Origin: Candidatus Thalassarchaeum sp.
GTDB taxonomy: Archaea; Thermoplasmatota; Poseidoniia; Poseidoniales; Thalassarchaeaceae
DNA length: 64,000 nucleotides
Direction of reading: 5' to 3'
Assembly (NCBI GenBank): GCA_045559735.1
Contig: JBJLJN010000009.1
Location: 10,574 to 74,573, forward strand
Shown here: positions 56,801 through 64,000 of the stretch, in pieces
Layout: the number at the start of each line of letters is the position of its first letter
Numbering within the stretch: position 1 is the first letter of the stretch
Program-made: the position numbers and the translations under genes
The notes under the pieces: model-generated
The model's database searches: none
What the model was told of the DNA's origin: nothing
What the model saw: the letters and a program-made list of their open reading frames with translations, nothing else

Positions 56801-59800
56801 CGCACTAAATGCTACCTTGATCTCCGGTACAATAACCTCCGATTATCTGCACTCCCAGAGGCCAATAAAGGGACTTTCATTCGGTGGGAACTCGAGCAGC
56901 AATGTCTACGTCGAGGTATTCGACGCCGATGGAAATTCACTAGGTGCCAATACCAAAGGATCAGCGGTTTCCTTCACAACTCCTCAGACTGGATACGCTC
57001 TTGAGGTTTCTCTGCCAACCAATGGTTTCATCAACACCCTGGTAATCAATCATGACTACGGCGAACCCGCAAGGGACCTATCCATAGATGCCGCTGTAGA
57101 TGGGAGCACAGACTGGTCATTCCCATCATCATTAGGGAGAGGACACTATGCCTGGCAAACCAAGTTGATTCCTGACTCCTCGATAGGCTCGTCTCAAGGA
57201 GTGGATTCAGTCGCACTTTCCGTTGATTCATCTGGCACATCGATTTACTCAATCGTACCCGTCTCCTCTTACGTCAACTCAGGATTGGTCTCTGTCTCTT
57301 CTGATGCAGATGGTTTCGAATCTCCAGTAAGCGTGTCTTTCGCCGGCTCGTCATTCTCCACAGGGAGCGCTGACGAACTATTTACAACTACTCTGTCTAC
57401 TTCTCAACTGTCAGCGATAAATTCGCTATCTACAGGTTGGACCGATCCCGACACAAATAGGGATTGGAGAATAATTCAAATTTCAATTACATCAAATTCG
57501 CAGCAATATGTGAAAATCTCTGGTTTAGCCTTGGGGTACACCATTTTCGAGAATGTCTCAGGCCTAGGCGGTGCAATTAGCGACTACCATGATGCCAACT
57601 CTCAGGACGATCCTCCACCTGAAGACATATCTATTCCCTTTGAGTTCTCTTCGGCATCCGGGTCGGTATCCGTGGGCGGAGATATAGTCTATTCCTACTT
57701 CGTCACTAACAGGGACTTCCAAGTCCCTAACACTCTGTATCCAGACGGAAACTCAATCGAGATTGTGACTAAGCATCATCATCTGACGGACAATTCAGAG
57801 ATTGCATCCATCTCACTTACTGGATCCGGCTCCGATGGCGAAGTGATAGAATTCTCTGTGGAGAACAACCCAGACGGACTATGGGGGCAAGGCTCCCCAG
57901 TCAGTTTCGCTCAGGGGTCAGGTTCCAGTGTCGCCCCTCTAGATATTTCAGCCAGCTTTGTGGAGATACTGCTTCACAGTGATGGATTCATTGATGTGGT
58001 CGTCCATTGGGTGTTTGAAGTAAATTGGAACTGGGACGATGTCTCTACAATCCAGTGGACTGCAAAGGCCATGATTGACAATGGAGATACAGTTTGGCCA
58101 GCCACCGCAATTAGCGGGTTACTCGGCGCGAAAGCAGTTGAGAATGACATCCAAGTTGATACCTTCGTAGTCAGAGATGGCTATGGCCGCCTACTGTCTA
58201 ATCAATTCTCAACATTCTATCCGCTAACCATCAAGCATGGCTCAGATGTCAATATTTCAGGAAATATGAGATTCCAAGACTCTCAGTCGCACAGGCCCCA
58301 ATCCGAGGATTTCTCCGTTGGACTCAATCTGTCTGGCAACCTGTTCTCCCTCTCTTCAGGGGAGAATGGGTCATTCTCGGGCATAATTAGTCCACCTAGC
58401 TCCCTGTCTGAACTATCCTTGTCTCCGATTGTGATTAATGTCGGACCCTCAGGAGCCATTGGAGCCGAAGACACGTCGGGATCGACCACTCAGGTCATTG
58501 TTAGAATCGATGCTAATCCTCCCACAGTAGGCCCGATTGAAATCGGAACCGACATTGGTTTACAGCCAGCCAATGGTAAGGTCTGGGAGCCGACGAGCCC
58601 GATTTCCGTATTCGTTACCTCAGATGAGTCCGAGTCCCGTGGAGATGAAATCACCCTCAGGTACTGGAGGGAGGGAGTGGATGATCTGAATATGGACGGA
58701 GTTGCAGATGAGCACGAGTACTTGGCGATTCCAATGCCACTATCTTCGGGACTGACAGGCGAACAGCAGATTCAATTCCCCGGTGTTGATGTATCAGGAG
58801 TGCCGGCAAATGGAGTGATGCACATGTACATCGAGGGAACTGATTGGGCAGGTAATTCGTATCAGGACGGCAATACTGGAGGCGGACCGGGAGCGGAGAA
58901 TGCGTGGTCGACCGTTGTCATCGCCACTGATGAGCCAACCAGTCTGGTCTCTTCAGGATTCGACATGGACCGTGAGATTGGCTATCTTCTCGCTGGAGTC
59001 CCTCATGTATTCTCTCTTCAGATAAATGAGCCAAACGGGATACAGACTCTAGACAACGTAACCATAATGTTGTGTGGAGATGGGCCATCCAATCTAGGAA
59101 AGTTCTCTTTCAATCCTTCGAGAGGGACTCTGTGGTCTGCTGAGGACAGCTTAGTAACACCTCTTAGCGCCCAATCAACCCCAGTCGATTCAGATGTGAT
59201 TCTTCTGAGTCTGGGCTTTGAATTGTCTTGGGATTATCCTTGGGAAGAGGGACAATTGGGATGCAAGCCAGGCGTATCGATTGAGGATGACCTCAATACC
59301 GTGGCTTATATCAACAATTTAGCAGAGCTTTCTTGGGAACTTGACAACACCTACATGGCAGTACCTGACTTGCTCAATGACTTGACTCCTCCAATTATTG
59401 ACATGTTTGAAAACTCCCTCTACCTCAGGCAGGGGGATGAGTTTGCCTTCGAAGGCAGCATATTGTATGCTGGATCTCAAGTAGTGGCTAGATCGATTCC
59501 AAATAATCTACAAGTCGAAGTAGAGGTTATTTATGGGACTCAGGAGGTTGATGTGGTAGTCGATGTAAATCCTGATGGGAGTTTCTTTGGAAGCATGGTT
59601 CTACCTTCAAGGGTACCCCTCAGTCCGGAGATGTCCGTTACAACAACTGTCCTGAATATCCCGGGACTTGGTACTACTATGATTAATTCCGATTATTCGG
59701 TCACTGTAGACAGCAAGGCCCCGCAGGCCCTATTCAATTTGGCCGAATATCCAGATTCATCTCTGACCATTCTCGATTCCGACCTGATTGGAGATGTCAC

Positions 59801-60647
59801 TGTCACGGTTACTATGGTGGACGAGATTGGAATGACCGACGGACCGATTCAGGTCGCTTGGGTATACATCAGAGCCAATGCCCCAGTGGCCGAAACCGAG
59901 GATTCAGGTGAGTTGCCCATGATAATCGACGGAGATACCAACGATATCTATCAGGGAATTCTCGACCTATCTACGTTGAACGGAATGGACATAGAGCCCG
60001 GCGATCAAATCTGGTTCTGGATAACTTCGACAGATAAGTCAGGCAACGAGGTTGTCGGGTCTGGTAGCGATACGGCACCCCGGCAGGTGACAGTGAGGAT
60101 AATGGAGTTCCTAGGATCCTACACCCGTTCTGTGGTCAATCCAACAATGAATCCGACTGTAGGCGAGATACTTACTATCGAGACTTTCTGGGAGAATCCA
60201 GGCAAGCGTGATGGAGAGTTGACCGTCGGGCTATATGAACTGGTAGATGGTGAGCAGTGGATAGAATCACTCTCAACTAACAGAGATGGTCTAGTCACCA
60301 TTTCGTTGCCTGCTGAAAGCTCAAGTGTCTACGCTGAGTTTGAATGGGAATCCTGGCAATCAGGTCAACCGAACTTGTACCTGATTGTCAATGAAGACTT
60401 CGACAATCCCTACCAAGCGATTACTGGAATCAATGTCAAGGCACCCGTGGCCGATGAAGAGAGCGAGTCAGATTCTCAGATTATGCTATTTGGTGGCATA
60501 GCTGCCGTTGCAATCATTGTTGTGGCCATGCTCATGAGAGGGCGTGGTGATGAAGACTTCTATTACGAGGACGACGACGATTCTTACTATGATGAGAAAG
60601 AATCGTGGGAACCGGACGAAGACGCTGAGGATGATGACGAAGGCTGA
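53853..60647 (+). CDS. About 2264-aa secreted, C-terminally anchored surface protein with repeated beta-sandwich modules and acidic tail
   Basis: The signal peptide is VAGYLVLLILIAPLTTA. Repeated modules contain Asp-box-like LSNNGGTNW and VNGGSWQHY and end in GVFVDNILIHN and GWFIDNIGLRQ (lectin/MAM-like by pattern only). The C-terminal TM is IMLFGGIAAVAIIVVAMLM, followed by RGRGDEDFYYEDDDD...DDDEG. Confidence 0.85.
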   Translation: MPAGRKTVAGYLVLLILIAPLTTADISPWDGPSSVDTQGGTATIQGFEVPGNATVLDAWIHVSDSPMEGSSVPAMVWDSDVIVNGTMAGTTTELVDGYLSLEDDMTRSEISSLDEGNYTISLSSTYKPGPQPLVMTQFELPGGYAPHAHCNSLTGYNLSSGFDEDNSGDLSNSEIISSHYLCQTSQVVQGGNGRVANGTLVNGSFMSSEAILAAGNTTCPEGGRIFTYGNDYGYYYDDNTGLNATEEDGQLLFCNRPIYWSATNLELNGAIQGSEQTLSHGVAPASASEGTVAIGTLPGDPLPADTDTWFTFPVGILPHVRHDNYTLSYDLWHHLDGSEGGAWLEYQSRTTSGWGQWTWIEPEGGYPYSISHSNLSVTGAPTGALSVYGGTTHSGWISDQVNLSTIPGASTDSITDLKFRFRVWTSENSTPRPGVFVDNILIHNDGTGGGAWHHGCDVNGYSFANHGTYCYYSNNANGHLQTVVNLTNVDDMIFTLHWDLEGSVWDNACIELSNNGGTNWIDISSTGGTSTASQCRSRTGPIPGSGYTDMSGTTHLDDSAGPVDIQLSVPATHRVSNAQLKISVQTDGSVQYGSSNCSPFPCDPDGREGLTVYSFRGMASSGAQLFYRDMGTASVTTYATGTNEWRLLTMNSGYLHDSHGFEDSTASEPETPDATGFQRGTSVNNCNFTTCQFERGAYTDAGNTGEWGPARTSSYPYSYAIGATGTMTSVIGNAWLMTPTYNVSQSGITEFVFDHWICMTWSNYIGGALFIQVNGGSWQHYDPGTYTNTMYSFGSTTALDGLGIWTTVHCGTNDLVSESIDLSAYRGDEVRFRFIAAAKYSDTDSGWFIDNIGLRQANFSSSGTWLSQEFQLGANDDLFDFGMIEALGTAYDYANNTLTGTLLDANSMEAIPGYSDVDFPISLAGLDVDSHSQLRLKLTLDSQNPVASPMVETIRIGGPRILWASMGGLNGWDISSGIELIDDALNATLISGTITSDYLHSQRPIKGLSFGGNSSSNVYVEVFDADGNSLGANTKGSAVSFTTPQTGYALEVSLPTNGFINTLVINHDYGEPARDLSIDAAVDGSTDWSFPSSLGRGHYAWQTKLIPDSSIGSSQGVDSVALSVDSSGTSIYSIVPVSSYVNSGLVSVSSDADGFESPVSVSFAGSSFSTGSADELFTTTLSTSQLSAINSLSTGWTDPDTNRDWRIIQISITSNSQQYVKISGLALGYTIFENVSGLGGAISDYHDANSQDDPPPEDISIPFEFSSASGSVSVGGDIVYSYFVTNRDFQVPNTLYPDGNSIEIVTKHHHLTDNSEIASISLTGSGSDGEVIEFSVENNPDGLWGQGSPVSFAQGSGSSVAPLDISASFVEILLHSDGFIDVVVHWVFEVNWNWDDVSTIQWTAKAMIDNGDTVWPATAISGLLGAKAVENDIQVDTFVVRDGYGRLLSNQFSTFYPLTIKHGSDVNISGNMRFQDSQSHRPQSEDFSVGLNLSGNLFSLSSGENGSFSGIISPPSSLSELSLSPIVINVGPSGAIGAEDTSGSTTQVIVRIDANPPTVGPIEIGTDIGLQPANGKVWEPTSPISVFVTSDESESRGDEITLRYWREGVDDLNMDGVADEHEYLAIPMPLSSGLTGEQQIQFPGVDVSGVPANGVMHMYIEGTDWAGNSYQDGNTGGGPGAENAWSTVVIATDEPTSLVSSGFDMDREIGYLLAGVPHVFSLQINEPNGIQTLDNVTIMLCGDGPSNLGKFSFNPSRGTLWSAEDSLVTPLSAQSTPVDSDVILLSLGFELSWDYPWEEGQLGCKPGVSIEDDLNTVAYINNLAELSWELDNTYMAVPDLLNDLTPPIIDMFENSLYLRQGDEFAFEGSILYAGSQVVARSIPNNLQVEVEVIYGTQEVDVVVDVNPDGSFFGSMVLPSRVPLSPEMSVTTTVLNIPGLGTTMINSDYSVTVDSKAPQALFNLAEYPDSSLTILDSDLIGDVTVTVTMVDEIGMTDGPIQVAWVYIRANAPVAETEDSGELPMIIDGDTNDIYQGILDLSTLNGMDIEPGDQIWFWITSTDKSGNEVVGSGSDTAPRQVTVRIMEFLGSYTRSVVNPTMNPTVGEILTIETFWENPGKRDGELTVGLYELVDGEQWIESLSTNRDGLVTISLPAESSSVYAEFEWESWQSGQPNLYLIVNEDFDNPYQAITGINVKAPVADEESESDSQIMLFGGIAAVAIIVVAMLMRGRGDEDFYYEDDDDSYYDEKESWEPDEDAEDDDEG

Positions 60648-60762
60648 CTCCCGCCTAACCGATCTCGTCCGACAATCGTATCCTTGTAGCGGAGCTCACC
60701 TTCCTTGTTTATAGGCCAGAGGTGAGGGATCATCTGCTCGGAGGAGGGATCCTCCCGATGGG

Positions 60763-60939
60763 ATGCGTATGACTGAGGGCGGCGGAGCAGATACTTTTGA
60801 GGAGCTCAAGGGTGAGGTAGAGGAACTGAGAGCATTGGTCAACACTCTTCTAACGATAATCATGGAAGAAGCTGACGGAGTCCAGACAGGAACTGCCCCA
60901 TCCATCCCCGACCAGCCCAAGCGCGGATACTCGATGTAA
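60763..60939 (+). CDS. Possible 58-aa small protein (helical N-half, Pro-rich C-half)
   Basis: My translation is MRMTEGGGADTFEELKGEVEELRALVNTLLTIIMEEADGVQTGTAPSIPDQPKRGYSM. TTTATA at 60708-60713 and GGAGGAGGG at 60741-60749 lie upstream. The ORF fills an otherwise empty 290-nt gap. No homology was assessed. Confidence 0.3.
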   Translation: MRMTEGGGADTFEELKGEVEELRALVNTLLTIIMEEADGVQTGTAPSIPDQPKRGYSM

Positions 60940-60940
60940 G

Positions 60941-61666
60941 TCAGTACTGAACAGGCGCCGGGTCTATGCTGCGCCATAGGTACCAAGTGGCCACGGTCCT
61001 CCATGGCACCCAGTTGTCCGATATCGCTTCGATCCGCTCCATGTCCACCTCATTTCCATCAAAATACTGCTTCTCAACTGCTCTGATTAGCCCAATATCT
61101 GTTAGAGGCAGCACATCGGGACGTAACAGAGCGAAAATCAGAACCATTTCGGCAGTCCAGACCCCCACTCCTCTGAGCGCTGTAAGCTTGGCTTTCACCT
61201 CTACATCAGTCAGACTCTCCCAATCGATGTCTCGGTAGCCACCCATCCAAGCGCGTGCCGAGCCTGCAATGTACTCTGCTTTCATTCCTGATAGTCCGCA
61301 TGAACACAATTCCTCATGCGAGAAAGAGAGAATCGATTCGGGATCCAATTTTCCTACGAGTTTCTCAAGTCTCTCCCGTACTGCACTAGCTGCAATAGTG
61401 GAAATCTGTTGCCCTAAAATAGATACAACAAGGGTCCTGAACAAATCTCCGTCAGAAGATAGTACCGAGTCATTGAAGCGAGAGAACAAAGCTGACAGGA
61501 TTGGATCGGAGGTGAGATCCTGTTTGGCTTGGCTCCAGTATTCGGGAACGGAAATTGAGGACACATCGAGCGCAGCGTCACATACTTCAAGACGACTTCG
61601 TACTTCGTAGGTGCGTGAACGCAGAGAGAATCTTGCTAATTGGGGCAGCTGTGGCCACAGTGGCAT
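60941..61666 (-). CDS. HhH-GPD superfamily DNA glycosylase (3-methyladenine glycosylase II / AlkA-like)
   Basis: LTALRGVGVWTAEMVLIFAL.RPDVLPLTDIGLIRAV is the helix-hairpin-helix plus the catalytic Asp region. ATG 61664-61666 is preferred; the ORF opens at GTG 61681. Confidence 0.75.
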   Translation of the reverse strand: MPLWPQLPQLARFSLRSRTYEVRSRLEVCDAALDVSSISVPEYWSQAKQDLTSDPILSALFSRFNDSVLSSDGDLFRTLVVSILGQQISTIAASAVRERLEKLVGKLDPESILSFSHEELCSCGLSGMKAEYIAGSARAWMGGYRDIDWESLTDVEVKAKLTALRGVGVWTAEMVLIFALLRPDVLPLTDIGLIRAVEKQYFDGNEVDMERIEAISDNWVPWRTVATWYLWRSIDPAPVQY

Positions 61667-62160
61667 TCGTTGTAGTTGCACTATACCAGCCAGAAGCCCT
61701 TGAACCAGGGCCAGATTGGGAGGTCTCGGATGGGTGTCTGGGAGGATTGGAACACAGCGATGTAGGGATTTCCCATCATTACCACCCTAACCTGAAAGTC
61801 ATCATGAACGGTCAACAGCTATCAATTCCAGAAAGTACAGGGATTGACCAGTTTGGATGCAAGGAAGGGATGCGGTGGATTCACGTTCATGACTCCACTA
61901 GTTCGGGATTCACTAAATTACACATTGAGACTCCAAAGAAGTACAATGTCCCACTTGGCTCTTTCTTTGAAATTTGGGAGAGAGAAGGTGGCCCCTCTCT
62001 AACTTCTGACAGAGCCTTTGACATAGATGGAAGCGGAATTTCTGACTGGGAAGAGTACGACATTAGCATGATTGTTAATGGCGAATCAAACGATAAATTC
62101 GAGACTTACATCATGAACGACAGTGATTTCATCGAGTTGACACTCACTTCGAAGAGTTAG
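61615..62160 (+). CDS. Hypothetical membrane-anchored/secreted protein with His-rich conserved motifs
   Basis: The anchor is ILLIGAAVATVAFVVVALY, followed by HHYHPNLKVIMNGQQLSIP...WIHVHDSTS...LHIE. The start is uncertain: TTG 61555, GTG 61615 or GTG 61651. Confidence 0.5.
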   Translation: MNAERILLIGAAVATVAFVVVALYQPEALEPGPDWEVSDGCLGGLEHSDVGISHHYHPNLKVIMNGQQLSIPESTGIDQFGCKEGMRWIHVHDSTSSGFTKLHIETPKKYNVPLGSFFEIWEREGGPSLTSDRAFDIDGSGISDWEEYDISMIVNGESNDKFETYIMNDSDFIELTLTSKS

Positions 62161-63647
62161 CCCTTGATTACAGCCAGGGGGCGCAGTCGAGCAACGGGCC
62201 TGGCGAGCCCTGCTATCTCAGTCAGCCGGACTACTTCATCAACGTCCTTGTACGCCTCCGGGGCCTCCTCGGAAAGGACGTTGGGAGTCTTGGCCCTGAC
62301 ATGAACTCCTTGCTGCTCGAGCCTTTCCATCAGAGCCTCGGCATCAACTCTATTCCTTGCAGCAGTCCTCGAAAGCTGCCTGCCAGCCCCATGGCACGAA
62401 GAGGAGAATGCATCATTGCCTCCTTTCGCTGGCCCGGCGAGTACCCACGAAGCGGTCCCCATGTCTCCGGGTACCAGAACTGGCTGACCGACAGACGAGA
62501 ATCGGGCTGAAAGCTCGGGATGATCTCCCCCCAGGGCGCGAGTAGCGCCCTTGCGATGCACACAGCACTTGCATGATTTGCCATGGACCACGTGATCCTC
62601 TATCTTGGCGATGTTGTGGCTGACGTCGTATACAACGTCAAGCCCCCCATCGACTCCGAGATGCTCTCGAAGAACCCCTCTCAGTCTCTGAGTGAGGACC
62701 GATCGATTAGCGAATGCATAGTTCCCCGCTGCCCTCATTGCATCGAAGTAAGCCCCACCTTCGCGGCTGAAGATCGGGGCTGCTGCCAATTGTCGATCAC
62801 GCAGTTGGTATCCCCACTCAGGGGCAACCCAATCATCGCCGACCCGACGGTACTTCGACTCGATAGCAGCCACGTGCTCACTGCAAACCTGATGACCCAG
62901 TCCGCGCGAGCCGGTGTGAATCATTGCGGTGACTTGGCCCTCTCGTAGGCCATAAGCTGCTGCTGCTTCCTCGTCTACGACTCTGTCGACGACTTGCAAT
63001 TCGAGGAAGTGATTGCCCGACCCCAAAGTTCCCAGAGCTTTCAAACCCCGTTTTACAGCTCTTTCCCCCACATCTCGCTCCTCGCTCTCAAGGCTGCCAT
63101 TGGATTCGATGACCCCTAGGTCTCTGGACTCCCCCCAACCAAATTCAACCGCGGCACCTGCACCACTGCAGAGGATTGAGTCCATCTTTGACTCATTCAA
63201 TCTGACTCCCCCCTTGCTCGATGCCCCCGCTGGAATCTCTCTGGCCAGCATACCTGCAAGGGCCTTCGAATCGATATCTCTAACTTCGACTTCCATAGAA
63301 CACAGGCGCACTCCGCAGTTGATGTCGAAACCGACTCCACCGGGTGAGATAGCACCTCCGAGCTCACCCGCTTCGACATCGGTAGCTACTACACCGCCGA
63401 TGGGAAATCCGTAGCCGAAGTGCCAGTCTGCCATCGCCCAAGCCTCGCCTACTATGCCGGGCAAACCAGCTGTGTTGCACAACTGCTCTGGACTCCTGTC
63501 ATCGGTATGCTCTGCCATGTGCTCAGCATCGGCTATCAGTAGGGCGTCAGTAAGCATCCCTTCGTGCTTGGCGATACGCATCCTGCCGTGACCATCGGCA
63601 CTCAGATGCTCCCGCCACGAGGCACTCATGCGCGAACCCTGAAGCAT
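62157..63647 (-). CDS. rtcB: RNA-splicing ligase RtcB (3'-phosphate/5'-hydroxyl RNA ligase)
   Basis: GYGFPIGGV, DINCGVR, GSGNHFLE, HTGSRGLGHQ, HNIA, HRKGATR, PGDMGT and SSCHGAGR are present. The start is ATG 63647 (or ATG 63629, or TTG 63659). Confidence 0.92.
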   Translation of the reverse strand: MLQGSRMSASWREHLSADGHGRMRIAKHEGMLTDALLIADAEHMAEHTDDRSPEQLCNTAGLPGIVGEAWAMADWHFGYGFPIGGVVATDVEAGELGGAISPGGVGFDINCGVRLCSMEVEVRDIDSKALAGMLAREIPAGASSKGGVRLNESKMDSILCSGAGAAVEFGWGESRDLGVIESNGSLESEERDVGERAVKRGLKALGTLGSGNHFLELQVVDRVVDEEAAAAYGLREGQVTAMIHTGSRGLGHQVCSEHVAAIESKYRRVGDDWVAPEWGYQLRDRQLAAAPIFSREGGAYFDAMRAAGNYAFANRSVLTQRLRGVLREHLGVDGGLDVVYDVSHNIAKIEDHVVHGKSCKCCVHRKGATRALGGDHPELSARFSSVGQPVLVPGDMGTASWVLAGPAKGGNDAFSSSCHGAGRQLSRTAARNRVDAEALMERLEQQGVHVRAKTPNVLSEEAPEAYKDVDEVVRLTEIAGLARPVARLRPLAVIKG

Positions 63648-63655
63648 CCCTGATT

Positions 63656-64000
63656 TCAACGCGCCGCAGAACGCAGTGAGTCAGAGATGCGCTGGAGAGC
63701 ATCGATTCGACAATCGCTTTCAAGTCGGAGCATCGAATCGCTTAGCATAGAGGTGCCAACGTGGCGTTCGGAGAGATTCAAATCCCATACTGGGAAGAAG
63801 CCGGATTCGCACGCAGGATCTGTAGGGTCACAGGACAGTTCTTCTGGACCAGAGACTCTGAGCGAGAGACCTGCGGAGACTCTGTTGAGGACTCCTACAC
63901 CTTCATCGGCAAGCCGATTATCGAAGGATTCCCGATGCGCGGCAAGGCGCTCAAGGACGCGATGCGCGAGATGTTTCTGGGGTTCTTCGAGCAACGAGAT
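63656..64000 (-). CDS. Hypothetical protein, C-terminal part (5' end outside window), tightly linked upstream of rtcB
   Basis: The frame is open to the window edge and TGA is at 63656-63658, 6 nt before the rtcB ATG. No recognised motifs, and it does not resemble archease. Confidence 0.45.
   Translation of the reverse strand: MSLLEEPQKHLAHRVLERLAAHRESFDNRLADEGVGVLNRVSAGLSLRVSGPEELSCDPTDPACESGFFPVWDLNLSERHVGTSMLSDSMLRLESDCRIDALQRISDSLRSAAR

Noticed and set aside
53683-60762. tRNA-Thr-targeted integrated island carrying the 2264-aa gene
   Set aside because: I found no direct repeat of the tRNA 3' half in 60648-60762. There is no integrase and no compositional shift. The same reasoning applies to tRNA-Leu, whose 3' end faces the FolB-like gene and not the giant genes.
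60696-61004. 102-aa minus-strand ORF
   Set aside because: It overlaps the glycosylase 3' end and the candidate small plus-strand ORF. Its translation is Ser/Pro-rich with no signals.

Overview
The window is a gene-dense stretch (about 90% coding) of an archaeal chromosome. Archaeal markers are the rpoE'(Rpo7)-spt4-rps24e-rps27ae cluster, an archaeal-type D-aminoacyl-tRNA deacylase, RtcB, an XPD-type helicase, TATA-like boxes about 25-27 nt upstream of several start codons, and three tRNAs with encoded CCA. The acidic proteome, the roughly 50-55% GC and the peptidase, amino-acid-catabolism and giant-surface-protein content suggest a marine planktonic Thermoplasmatota (Poseidoniales/MG-II-like) genome. 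That lineage call is inference only.

Ordinary content:
- argS (3' part), a peroxiredoxin, an M28 peptidase and ubiX.
- A tight minus-strand operon: lipA, 2-oxoacid dehydrogenase E1alpha, E1beta, E2, E3, lipB and a class-V PLP enzyme.
- A FolM-like reductase plus a FolB/FolX-like pair, and tRNA-Leu(UAA).
- gdhA, an amino-acid ABC ATPase and permease, purC, a class-IV aminotransferase, proline dehydrogenase and a subtilase.
- tRNA-Ser(GGA), tRNA-Thr(GGU), an HhH-GPD glycosylase and rtcB.

Accessory-looking content is four giant secreted, C-terminally anchored proteins of 977, 2987, 1884 and 2272 aa.

Observations most worth a second look:
1. A translationally coupled triad: a pseudoREC-REC-ATP-grasp (PPDK_N-like) protein, an XPD/DinG Fe-S helicase and an alpha-crystallin-like protein. 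The helicase gene is a sharp low-GC island exactly one gene long.
2. A BNR/Ycf48-like beta-propeller fused to an ABC amino-acid permease, with no binding-protein gene nearby.
3. A 2987-aa protein combining TSP3 repeats, a transglutaminase core, an Ig-like array, a TM helix and a DUF4129-like tail, with a co-transcribed partner.
4. A tandem-RHH regulator with a phased ACAAT operator array facing an HD dNTPase-like gene.

I saw no CRISPR array, transposase, integrase or rRNA. All domain calls come from motif recognition in the supplied translations. No database search or folding was run, and coordinates of alternative starts are stated where relevant.
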